Below are positions 1 through 11,131 of a stretch of DNA of 64,000 nt, one piece after another (position 1 is the stretch's first letter; each line of letters begins with the position of its first letter). The notes beneath the pieces were generated by a model, which was given only the letters and a program-made list of their open reading frames with translations, searched no databases and was not told the origin of the DNA. Source of the DNA: Antedon mediterranea (lineage: Eukaryota; Animalia; Echinodermata); the NCBI RefSeq assembly GCF_964355755.1, contig NC_092671.1, forward strand, positions 35,226,304-35,290,303, given 5' to 3'. The translations under genes and the position numbers were made by a program.

Positions 1-539
1 GGGAAAAAGCTTGCTGTTTACCACATTACATGATTCGCGGTGCTATTCGCGTTTCCTTGACGTAAATCGGCGGCGTGTAAATGAAACAATTGTTTTCACC
101 AAATTGCCGTTGTCAACATAGAGCGATCGGTGGCTAGCTAGCGTGGCTAAGCTAAGAAGTACGTATTTTTCAAAAATTACACCAGCCTAGCAAACATTTG
201 CTAGTTTTGAAATTTTCAACTAGCAATTATGAAGAATCTACTAGCAAAATGCTAGTTTGCTAGCGTGAATTCTGAGCCCTGCTCTGGAGCTGGGCCGGGC
301 CGCTGAACTTTCCGTTGTATATGGGTTAAAAAAAATAAAAAATAAAAAGAGAGGCGGCTGGATAATCAGGAGCGGGCGCTGACGCTTAACAAGTATGTTT
401 TTTTATTTGGCCTTATTGTAAAAAAAAAATTAAATGTTATCTAATGACATATGTAGTAATATTTATGAACAAAAATTTTAAGACTTGATATTATCATGAT
501 ATTATGTAGTGAAAAATGGTTTTCTGTCTTTTTTAACAG

Positions 540-2542
540 TGTTAACGATGTAGCAGCTACTGGGCCCGATAGCTTTTACTTCACCAATGACGGGTACCAC
601 CATGGTATAAAGCGTGTATTTGAAGGCCTGTTGATGAGAGCATGGTCTAACATTGGATACTATGATGGTAAAGAAGCAAAGATTATTATGGACGGTGGCC
701 ATGGATTTAATGGAATCAACATGTCACCAGATAAAAAGTAATTTACTCAAAAATATAGTTGTCCCTACTATAACGCACTGTTTTCGCAATTGTACCCAAA
801 AGATACTATGCTATTTATTTCGCATTTTCTTTTATTATATTATAGAATAGTGTATGTGAATGAAGTTTTGGCCGGTGGGGCAATGCATATATGGCAACGA
901 GAATCGGATAATTCGCTGTCGTTGATTGAAGTAAGCACATTGGTCACATGACTTTGCAGTGTAACTTGAGTGAACTGCACATATGTGTGGCTGCACATAT
1001 GTGTTGAAGACAAACTAGAGTTACTCTACTACTTTCATCTCCCCTAAGGGTCTCTTCGTGCCAAGCAGTTAATAAATAACGATAATTTGTCTGTCCACAT
1101 GGGCTGCCAGAGCCAGTACACCGTGGTAACCCCTACTACTACAAGATGCATTTTCCAGTGCACACAACCTACAGTACTTAGACTTGTTTATGGTTAAAGA
1201 GAGCCGTGAACCACGGTTTACCCATGTCTTAATGCTCGGCCAAACATTTTATTTCAATCTGTTTTGTTGATCAAAGTTGTTTAGGTTTACCATAGTGCTT
1301 ACAGTATTTTACAATATCTTGAGGGCCTAGCATTGTTCTTATTTTACATAAGTACAAAATTTGATAAATAATTGTATATAAGTACACAACTTAATTGTAT
1401 ATAAGTTCACAACTTATTTGTATATAAGTACACAACTTAATGGTACATAAGTACACAACTTAATTGTATATAAGTACACAACTTAATTGTATATAAGTAC
1501 ACAACTTAATGGTACATAAGTACACAACTTGATTGTATATAAGTACACAACTTGATTGTATATAAGTACACAACTTATTTGTATATAAGTACACAACTTA
1601 ATGGTACATAAGTACACAACTTAATTGTATATAAGTACACAACTTAATTGTATATAAGTACACAACTTAATGGTACATAAGTACACAACTTAATGGTACA
1701 TAAGTACACAACTTAATTGTATATAAGTACACAACTTTATTGTAAATTTTTTTTTTTTCCAGAGTATGAAGTTTGACAGTCTTTGTGACAATGTGTTTGT
1801 TGATGAGGCTGGTGATATCTGGCAAGGTTGTCATCCAATTGGTCACATGTTTCAGTCACATGCACAGAACTTGTCATTACCATCTCCGTCTCAGGTAAGT
1901 GACTTCCGACAACATTTGCAAATTCCTATTGGTTAGTATAACAAGTAAAATTTGCTGGAGTTGTTTTTATATTTATTATTATAAGAGTAGCCTCTTCAGT
2001 CAAAGACTGTTCTCCCAGAGGCCCCAGTTATGATAAGTGACTGTGTGCGACAGTGACCGAGTCACTGGGGTAACCCTCTACTCGTCTCGAAAGATGTACT
2101 AGGTTCTTTAAAAATGTGTACACTTGACCTATGGTTTATAGTCCTTATCCGAGAAGATTTTTTCTACCACCAGAACCATGGCTACGTAATTACGGTCCCA
2201 CTGTCTTAACCGCTCAGCCATTTACTCGATGTAGGTTCAATGCGAAAGTTCGGGTTGCGCACTACTATGACTACTTATGCACTACGCTAGGCCCTAACAA
2301 CTTGTAAAATAAACAATATGCTAGGCTTAACAACCTTTAAAATAATTATATTTTAATTCATTTTTCAGGTAATAAATGTAAAGTTTTTAGACAAGAGCAG
2401 AAAACGTTACGAGATCAGTGAAGTGCTTAGCAACGATGGAAGCCTAGTTTCAGGATCGTCGGTGGCAGCATACTATAAAGGCACTATGCTGATAGGCACA
2501 GTTTTAGACAAAATGGCGTATTGCAAAATTGTGGCATTTTAA
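540..2542 (+). CDS. PON: Paraoxonase/arylesterase (PON family) copy A, 3' part (exons 6-9); 5' exons lie outside the window
   Basis: Exons 540-737, 846-930, 1763-1894 and 2369-2542 have GT-AG boundaries and compatible phases. They translate to SVNDVAATGPDSFYFTND...FNGINMSPDKKIVYVNE...SLCDNVFVDEAGDIWQGCHP...GSSVAAYYKGTMLIGTVLDKMAYCKIVAF*. Motifs match PON1 N168/D169, D183, N224, D269/N270 and C284/H285. Confidence 0.93.
1370..1745. repeat. 23-bp minisatellite (TTAATTGTATATAAGTACACAAC), about 16 copies
   Basis: Directly visible tandem array in PON-A intron 931-1762; absent from the paralogous PON-B intron 9219-9582. Confidence 0.95.
1970..2221 (-). mobile_element. tRNA-derived SINE remnant, Nin/Deu-domain-like
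   Basis: Minus strand starts with the A-box-like TGGCTGAGCGGTTAAGAC. Plus strand carries GGTTCTTTAA...GACCTATGGTTTATAGTCCTTATCCGAGAAG, which resembles the Nin/Deu core as I recall it, and an AT-rich tail. Absent from the paralogous PON-B intron. Confidence 0.6.
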
Positions 2543-2753
2543 TCTTATCTTAACAAAAACACTTAGGCTTTCACAATACTACAGTACTATAGAATGGTTT
2601 TTCCTCACATTTAATCATATTTAAATTGTCAACAAATAATAATGTACTTAAAACAGATGCTTAAAGGTCTTTAAATTAAAAATTATTTGTACTGATTTAA
2701 GTCTTTTAGAATTAAGTATGTGTTTTTCTGACATTAAACGTCTTAAATGTTAA

Positions 2754-3044
2754 AGGACAACTTGACAGAGGACCATGTTTTAACAATGTATTATGGATGT
2801 AGATATGATTTCAGAACGATCGCAAGATTAAGGATATCGCTGCACGCGATTGCCGTACAGCCGTCGCCGTAAATTGCTGTGACGTCACATGAGTTTTCTG
2901 GCAAAGTCTTGCAAATCGACACAATTTCTAGTAAACACACTTTGTAAATAAATCGTGACAAATATAAATGTTGATTTTTTTATTGTTTCTTTTGCTTATC
3001 TGGACTCAGTAAGTAGATTTTGCGATGCACCTGTGACCTGTTCT
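2754..3044. mobile_element. Non-autonomous DNA transposon with TTAA flanks (Kolobok-like)
   Basis: TTAA|AGGACAACTTGACAG ... CTGTGACCTGTTCT|TTAA, imperfect TIRs; A/B paralog similarity ends at this TTAA. Confidence 0.55.
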
Positions 3045-4043
3045 TTAAAATAACTTTGTGTTATATTTTAGTCGTTATTTAAAATATTTTTTTGAGACAT
3101 CAATGTAATCTTATGTTTTACTATTGGTCATACATTTATCATAAAGTATTTTTTTTAATACAAATTGTGTGTGATTGGAATTAATTGAATTTGTGATGCC
3201 AATATTTGGCTGTCGTTTATGACATATGTCCATAAAAAGCATGTGTCATTTGTTTGGGTAGTTAGTACATGAAACAAATATATGAATTGTATAGTTTAAA
3301 TAAATAGATTATTGATGAGGGAAAACATATAAAAGATAATTATGTTTTGGAGGCTGTGTGTTGTAGTCGGGTAGCGAGACGTCGAGGAATAACAATTTCA
3401 CGTCTGGGTAGTATTATTTTATCTCTTGCCAGTATGTCGAAGTCGGACAAAATGTAAAATAAGCAATTAACCACCATATTATATGTTATACCAGGTTAAG
3501 GCAGAAATCGTGAATGTAGCATTTTTTCAGCTGTAGATATTGTGCATAATGCAATTAATTATGACATGCATATAAACCTTCCAAGATATAACTGAACGTA
3601 GCCCTCTATATTTTTTCAAATAATCGCCCCGCCATGTTTCATATATACACAATATATTGTATTACAACACATTTCTATTTGTAGTAGAATTCATTGATTG
3701 ACGTGATATGCAATCCATTTTGATTTTTACTGTTTTATCACTTCTTAATCTTGATATCGATATTGTGTTGTAATTTTATTTTTTTATATCTATGGGGTAT
3801 TTTATTTGATAATACATGTTTATCCCTTAAATAAACCTCTCACGAACAATACGAATAAATTTAGGTCTAAAAATCCATTGGACAGTTAAACACCCTAAAT
3901 CTAAATATTCATATTAAATAAATGAATATTTATAGATCCAGGGTTGTCTCAGCGTTACTGAAGCGTATCATCTTGGTTGAAGTTGCTTGAGAAGTTTGTT
4001 GCACGACGTGTGTCTTGAGAGAGAACTTTACTAAGAAACTGCA

Positions 4044-7000
4044 ATGTGGAAGAAGTTACTTTTCATTGTTTTTTTAGCCATATTTGCGCGACACATCTTC
4101 TTAATAGCGTAAGAAAACACTTTATGTTACTTTAGTAAATGTTAAAACTACCTAAACTTAGACTAGGCCTATTTATACTACTAGGCCACACCACTGTCTG
4201 GTTAACGTGTAAATAAAGGCCCACCTAGCCTAGTAACTGAACTACTGGTGGAAGGTAGCTCAAAGTCCATATCCATCAGTGTGGCCATATATCATTCAGT
4301 CAAAGACCAATGAAAACAGATGCTTTACGTTGTAAATCCGAATTTAAGGATTTTTATTTTAATATAAATTTTCCTGCTGAAAAAATGTTTGTTGGACATA
4401 CCATTTTAATTTCACATTTTAATGATCCAAAAACTGGATCGAAAAAAAATTATTTACCTGAACAAATTTAAAGACAAAATAGTCAAATTGGCTGCCAGCC
4501 AATGGGCAATGGTTTTTTAGTTGGATTTAACCGTTTCTTTTGTCTTTTTATAAGTGAAATAATTATTTTTGTTGATTTTTTTTTCTACAGAAGTGAATAA
4601 CTTTATTAAAACTGAAAAATGGCTTATTCAAAATCTGATTTTATTAATCTTTATTTTTCATGTTTTGGGGGTGTTGGGGGACAAAACATCTTTGTGACCA
4701 AATCACATCTTAATAAAAATCTGAGTTTTGCTTTTGAAATTCTTTTTAGACAAATCTTGGGTGTATTTAAAACTATCCACAACCATAAACCTGGTCCTTG
4801 CAGAGTAGTACCTGGTATAGGTAAGTTCAATACTGCATCTTTCTTACAGGGTGTATCATAGAGACCTCATGGTTTAGGAACCGTAAGTGGCCCTCCAATG
4901 CTGAAGGTCTTGAGCTTTTCGGCATATTTTATTGTCTGTTTAGGTTTTGCATGGAAAGTCTAGGTGGGTCTAGCCCTAAACCAGCAGATTTGGGGGTGTG
5001 GCTGTTGACTGTTGTGTTAATATACTGTTGCATTTGACTTCAATTTACAATTATATTTGGGTTTTATTTTAACATTCCAGCTAATGGTTCTGAAGACATC
5101 TTTGTGCTGCCAAATGGACTGGCGTTCATCAGTTCGGTAATAACATTTTTCTCAAATCAATCAAAATTATATTTGTAATATTATAATATAGATTAGAATG
5201 CCAAAATGACTGCATTATTAAGCTCTGCTCACACTAACAAACTATGTGCAAAAAAATGTGATGTGCCCATATATGGACAAGATGATATTATACTACTACC
5301 ATATTTGGCACACAACACTATTTTGTCAACTAGTTTGATAATGTACTGTAGAAAGAGTTTTATATTGCATGACCTCCGGATCATTTTGCATTACTGTAAA
5401 AAGTGTATTTTACGAACGTTCAGTTTATGAATCATCGATTTTACGAATGGGTTGTGGAATCAGTGACATCATTAACAAACAAATCAAATGTTTAAATATT
5501 TGATTTCTGACTGAGTTCAAATTGTTCCGTATCGGCGTACGGCCTAGAAAGAAAATAATCGGTTATGTTAACTACAGTAAATACGCTATATACCTCATAG
5601 CCAGACATATAAATACAGTACTGTAGGAACTACGGCATTTTTGACATACGCTTGAGGGCAATAGGTACGCACTCATCTAACGGTGTCCCTTTGAACGATT
5701 GTACAATGCGGGTACGCGCGCATATCTGGGCTGTATCATGTTACATCCAGGGACCTAAATGCGTAGTTATTTTTCAGACGGTAGTATAAGAATTGGAATT
5801 AGAACTTTTACCAAGTGCACACATGCTTCTACTGTTGTGATTGTTGGAAATTTATTGTTTACAGTAATATTTGCTGTTAAACATTGTTTAAGCATACACG
5901 ATCTATACGATTAAAATAATTCACGTTTACTCCGTTGGTTCCATTTTGACCAAGACGTACGTCAGAGGGCTAATACACTTCACTGAATGCATTACAGCCA
6001 GCGATCTGAACAAAGGTACTGTTACCTGTACACACTAAGCAAAAAGATGTGAATATGTTGATGATCTAGTTTACGAATTTTTCAGTTTAAGAATAACCAT
6101 TGATACCGTACGGTACGTTAAATAGACGTTTCACTGTATCAATATTGTTATGGATATGATTGGAGTGTGTTCGCTTCCACTTGACAGCTAAAATAAGATT
6201 ATGAACTTTACTATTTGCTGTCAAATTGTGACAGACGTCCTTTTAATATTAATTGTTAGCCCTCCACCGTTTAAATAATCAAAGATCTGCATCTGGCATC
6301 GCAATGCAATAAATGCATAGGACTGTAATCACAAATTATTTAAAGATGTATTGTCCCTTGAAACACAAAAAATGAAGGTCAAAATATTCTAAATTTAAAT
6401 TGGCCATATCAAAGAAATATTAAAGTTATTCACTTTAAGTCGAAAATTTGAGCCAAAAACAACAAGTTGACGTAATTAACAGGTAAATTAATTTGATTAC
6501 ATTTTGTCTAGAAAATCGTCGCGAGCAAAAGTAAACAAAGATTTCAAACCACGAGTATGCATTATGCATGATGCTAATTAGGATTTTTTACAACTTGTCA
6601 CGGTTGAGAAGGTGTTTTCACACAGATCGCGAGGAAGTTTTATGATTATGCATACATAGTAGCCAAACAAGCGCGTTACATTATGAAATATGTTTTGATC
6701 GAAAACTTTGACTAATTTTTGGTGAAAAGATGATACTTCAAAATGACCCACTTTTTTCTAAATATTCATTTTTTTATTTTTTTGGAATTATAGTTAAAGG
6801 ACAATACATCTTTAAATTTCAAGTAATAGTTTTTGTCTATAATTTCTGTCTATAATTTTTTTCTACAATTATAGGGTATTTCACTGGACCATTATACAGA
6901 ATGGCATGATCCTAGAATACACCAGTTTGAAGGAGGCATTTACCGATTTGATTTTAACAAACCAGATGAAGAAGCAAAGCTTATACCGATAGAGGGCGAT

Positions 7001-10000
7001 GTTCTTAAAAATAATGGCTTAAGACCGCATGGCCTTGATGTATGGCAAGATGGAAAAACAGGTTTGTTTCTGTTTGTTTTTCAATTTCACCACAAATATT
7101 TTCTATATGACTTCTTCAAGCCTGTTGGACTGCCTATTACAATTTATAGACCAACTCCCCTCACACGAGTAGATGTATAAGGACTAAAGAAGACTTGATT
7201 GATATTTTACATTAAATAAAATTTCATAGCAAATATTTAATAACAAACAATTACATCACACATAGAAAAAATTAGTTTACCTCCAAATTAGTTCACAAAG
7301 AAAGTTTAAAACAACAAAAATTAACCAAGCGTTACCAGCGTTTTATACATCCCGACTTTGTCCTACCAAATTACTGTTACAGTGAAAGCGTGCAATACTA
7401 CTCATTCTTGTGATATATATTCTTTGGTTTTATTCATCCTTTCAGGGAAGGTACGTCTGTTCGTTGTGAATCACTATGCACCTGTGGACGTAATAGAAGT
7501 GTTTGATTTCAATCAAGAAAAAATGGTTTTGAAACATCATAAAACCATCAAAGACAAACTGTTTTACAGGTAAATTGTTGGCCCATCAGGGTGGCATTAA
7601 AAAAGGACAATTGATATACTATTGACTGGTTCACTTTAACTGATCAATTGAAGTTGCCGTGGACCATGGTTTTTTTTTTATTATTATTAAAACAACTACT
7701 TTAGCCATTTTGGTGAAGTATTAAAATTAGAACTTTGTTAAAATTTTACCCATTTTGGAAAAAAATCAGGGAAAAAATGTCCATTTGGTCATGTTTTTTT
7801 GTTAAATGCATTGTTTATTGCATTGTTTATGCTCCAATCTAGTCTCTTTTCACCAGAACAGTATCTACATTTATTTCTCTGTATGGAACAATATTTATTA
7901 TTTTATATAGCCGAATGCTAGATCACAAAGAACAATGTTATAGCAGTTCAAAAAGTGATTCTCCATGGAGAGGGAACCAACAAGATGGCGGCTGCAAACG
8001 ACCAATCATATATGCCCTACGCTGTACGCACTGCTACGCCTGTGTTGAGCCTATCTGCGTGAGAACGATGCGCAACGCAGCGTGTTAAGCGTATAAACAC
8101 GAACGCATTCTATATGATCCTCATATACAAAAAATGCTAGATTACCAAGATATTATTCATTCCATTGCGATTAACACTATAATTAATTTTATAAAAACTT
8201 CACTGTGCTTTGACAAGAATATGTGTTGAATTTTATGTGTTCTTAATGTATTATATTAGATTATTATTTTTATATTAAATAATGTTTTTGAACACACTTA
8301 CGGCCGCCATCTTGTTGGTTCCCCCTCCTGATTGAATCACTTTTCAGTCTGGAGTACACCCTCTAGCCTTCGGCTTTACCTCACTGGTATGGAAGGTAGA
8401 TAGTGTACAAAATGACTGGATGATGAAGACTAAAGAAGCCTTAACTGAATTATGTGATTTATGATTTCACTATTTTGAGTTAGGTTATAGACCGATCCAT
8501 TTGGTTAAAACAAAATTGGAATTGAGTCATTTTATTATGATGGACATAATGGACTAAAAAATGACTTTATCAAATTGTTTGAAGGGTTGCATGGCGAAAT
8601 CAAATGTTGATATAAAGTTTGCCGTACAAATAGTATAATAATAGTATAATAGTTCTAAAAAGAACTGTTGAGTTTCTCAATTTCGATCAATATGCTTTGA
8701 TTGTCCTCAGGTTTGTCGCATAATAAACAAAATGTTATCGAATGACATAGTAATATTTAATAACATCAATTTTAATATTTCATATTATATAGTGAAATGC
8801 AGCTTTTCTGTGTTTTTTTTTTAACAGCGTTAACGATGTAGCAGCCACCGGGCCCAATAGCTTTTATTTCACCAATGACGGGTATCACCATGGTATAAAG
8901 CGTGTATTTGAAGGCCTGTTGATGAGAGCCTGGTCTAACATTGGATACTATGATGGTAAAGAAGCAAAGATTATTATGGACGGTGGCAATAGATTTAATG
9001 GAATCAACATGTCGCCAGATAAAAAGTAATTTATTCAAAAATAGAGTTGTACCTACTATAATGAACTGTTTTCGTAAATGTTGTACCCAAAAGATGCTAT
9101 GCTATTAATTTCGCATTTTCTTTTATTATTTTATAGAATAGTGTATGTGAATGAAGTTTTAGCCGGGACAATGAATATAATGCAACGAGAGTCAGATAAT
9201 TCTTTGTCTTTGATTGAAGTAAGCACATTGGTCACGTGACTTTGCAGTGTAGCTGGACTGAATTGCACATATGTATTGACTGCTTTGATCTCCCCTAAGG
9301 ATCTCTTCGTGCCAAACAGCTAATAAACAACGATAATTCGTCTGTCCACAGGGGCTGCCAGGGCCAGTACACCGTGGTAACCCCTACTACTACAAGATGC
9401 ATTTTTCAGTGCACACAACCTACATTACTTAGACTTGTTTTATGGTTAAAGAGAGCCTTGAGCCTGTGCTGATTTTATGGCCATGGCTTACCCATGCTTT
9501 ACTGGTTGGCCAAATATTTTATTTCAATATCTTTTGAATTTGGTCATATGTTTTATTTAAATTTGTAATATCTTTTTTTCAGAGTATGAAGTTTGACAGT
9601 CTTTGTGACAATGTGTTTGTTGATGAGGCTGGTGACATTTGGCAAGGTTGTCATCCAATTGGTCACATGTTTCCTTCACATACACAGAACTTGTCATTAC
9701 CATCTCCGTCTCAGGTAAGTGACATCCGACAGCATTTGCAAATTCCTATCGAAAACCTATTTGAGTATAAAACGTAATAACTTGTAAAATATGCTAGGCC
9801 CTAACAACCTTTAAAATAACTATATATTTATTCATTTTTCAGGTAATAAATGTGAAGTTTTTAGACACGAGCAGAAAAGGTTACGAGATCAGTGAAGTGC
9901 TTAGCAACGATGGAAGCCTAGTTTCAGGATCGTCGGTGGCAGCATACTATAAAGGTGCTATGTTGATTGGCACAGTTTTAGACAAAATGGCGTATTGCAA

Positions 10001-10016
10001 AATTGTGGCATTTTAA
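4044..10016 (+). CDS. PON: Paraoxonase/arylesterase (PON family) copy B, complete, 9 exons, 362 aa
   Basis: Exons 4044-4108, 4750-4820, 5081-5136, 6875-7061, 7446-7569, 8828-9025, 9137-9218, 9583-9714 and 9843-10016 (1089 nt, all GT-AG, open frame). Hydrophobic N-terminus MWKKLLFIVFLAIF, then GPCRVVPGI, GSEDIFVLPNGLAFISSG (E53/D54), RPHG (H115), FVVNH (H134), SVND, FNGIN, CDNV, GCHP and C-terminal AYC. Confidence 0.94.
6344..6811. mobile_element. Non-autonomous DNA transposon, TTAA TSD, TIR AGATGTATTGTCC (Kolobok-like)
   Basis: TTAA|AGATGTATTGTCC ... GGACAATACATCT|TTAA: perfect 13-bp TIR plus 4-bp TSD. Confidence 0.8.
7909..8375. mobile_element. MITE with long imperfect inverted ends
   Basis: AGCCGAATGCTAGA ... 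TCTAGCCTTCGGCT termini and an inner inverted pair AACCAACAAGATGGCGGC / GCCGCCATCTTGTTGGTT; a related right end lies at about 19857-19932. Confidence 0.7.
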
Positions 10017-11131
10017 TCTTATCTTAACAAAAACACTTAGGCTTTCACAATACTACAGTACTATAAAATGGTTTTTCCTCACATTTAATCATATTTACAT
10101 TGTCAACAAATAATAATGTACTTAACAGATGCTTAAATGTCTTTAAATTAAAAATTATTTGTACTAATCTAAGTCTTTTATAATAAAGTATGTGTTTTTC
10201 TGATATATAATGTCTTAAATGTTAATTGTAAATGTAAAACATAGTGTCGTTTTTCTTTTATTCAAATGATTATTGCAAAATTTGCTACTGTTAAAATGTT
10301 GTCTAGTAGCATATCAATTTCTCTTAAATTTACATATTCAATGGTATATATTGGGCTTATATGTATTTCATGATGATTTTACTGCTACACTTTAAACCTC
10401 CAATAATGGGTTTTTTTTCCCTTTAACAATATAGTAGTTTTAGTTACTAGTCGTTTCCACTCTATATGATAGAAGGTATATGGACTTAAATATAAGTATG
10501 ATATAGAATAACAATTTTAAAACAATTATAAAGTGATCAGTACTAGTTTACTAAGGACAATTGTCAATTTATATTTGAATAAATAACTGATTTAATCTAA
10601 AAAAATAAAAGGCTGCAAAGGACATTGTCAGGTTATATTTTAATTTGTTTTCTTATCTGAGGATGTTTTGATTAACAATTAATAAAAAGGCGATAGATTT
10701 ATTATTCTGAAATATACGAGAGACACGCCCTTTGGCGATAGTTGTCTTTGACAGCTCTTGTCTCTTAGTGCTCCCCTTTTTGTTTTTAATAATAATAATA
10801 AACAAATTAACCTTAAACCTAAATACTACTGAGTATTCTGCAATGAAAGAAAATAAATAAAATATACAGTAGTTTCATTTGGATCGATCTAATAAATTCC
10901 GACCCAAAAAACCAAAAGACACCCAACATCTCACATTGATTCCATTTTTCCACCTCTTTCCTTTTATTTGGACCACATTCATTATTGACATCGATAGCGT
11001 TTCATGCATGACGCGGTCGAAACGCATGAACAAACACTGTTTCTGTACTTTGTCCTTCACCACTAGCTACCTGGGAAGAGTCTACAGACAGATATATTTT
11101 TATAACCTAGGCCTATTTCAAAAGTACAATC

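Noticed and set aside
3350-3470. tRNA gene candidate (GGCTGTGTGTTGTAGTCGG A-box-like start)
   Set aside because: No B-box or cloverleaf can be built; at most a decayed SINE head. The same applies to B-box-like bits near 34697 and 48289.
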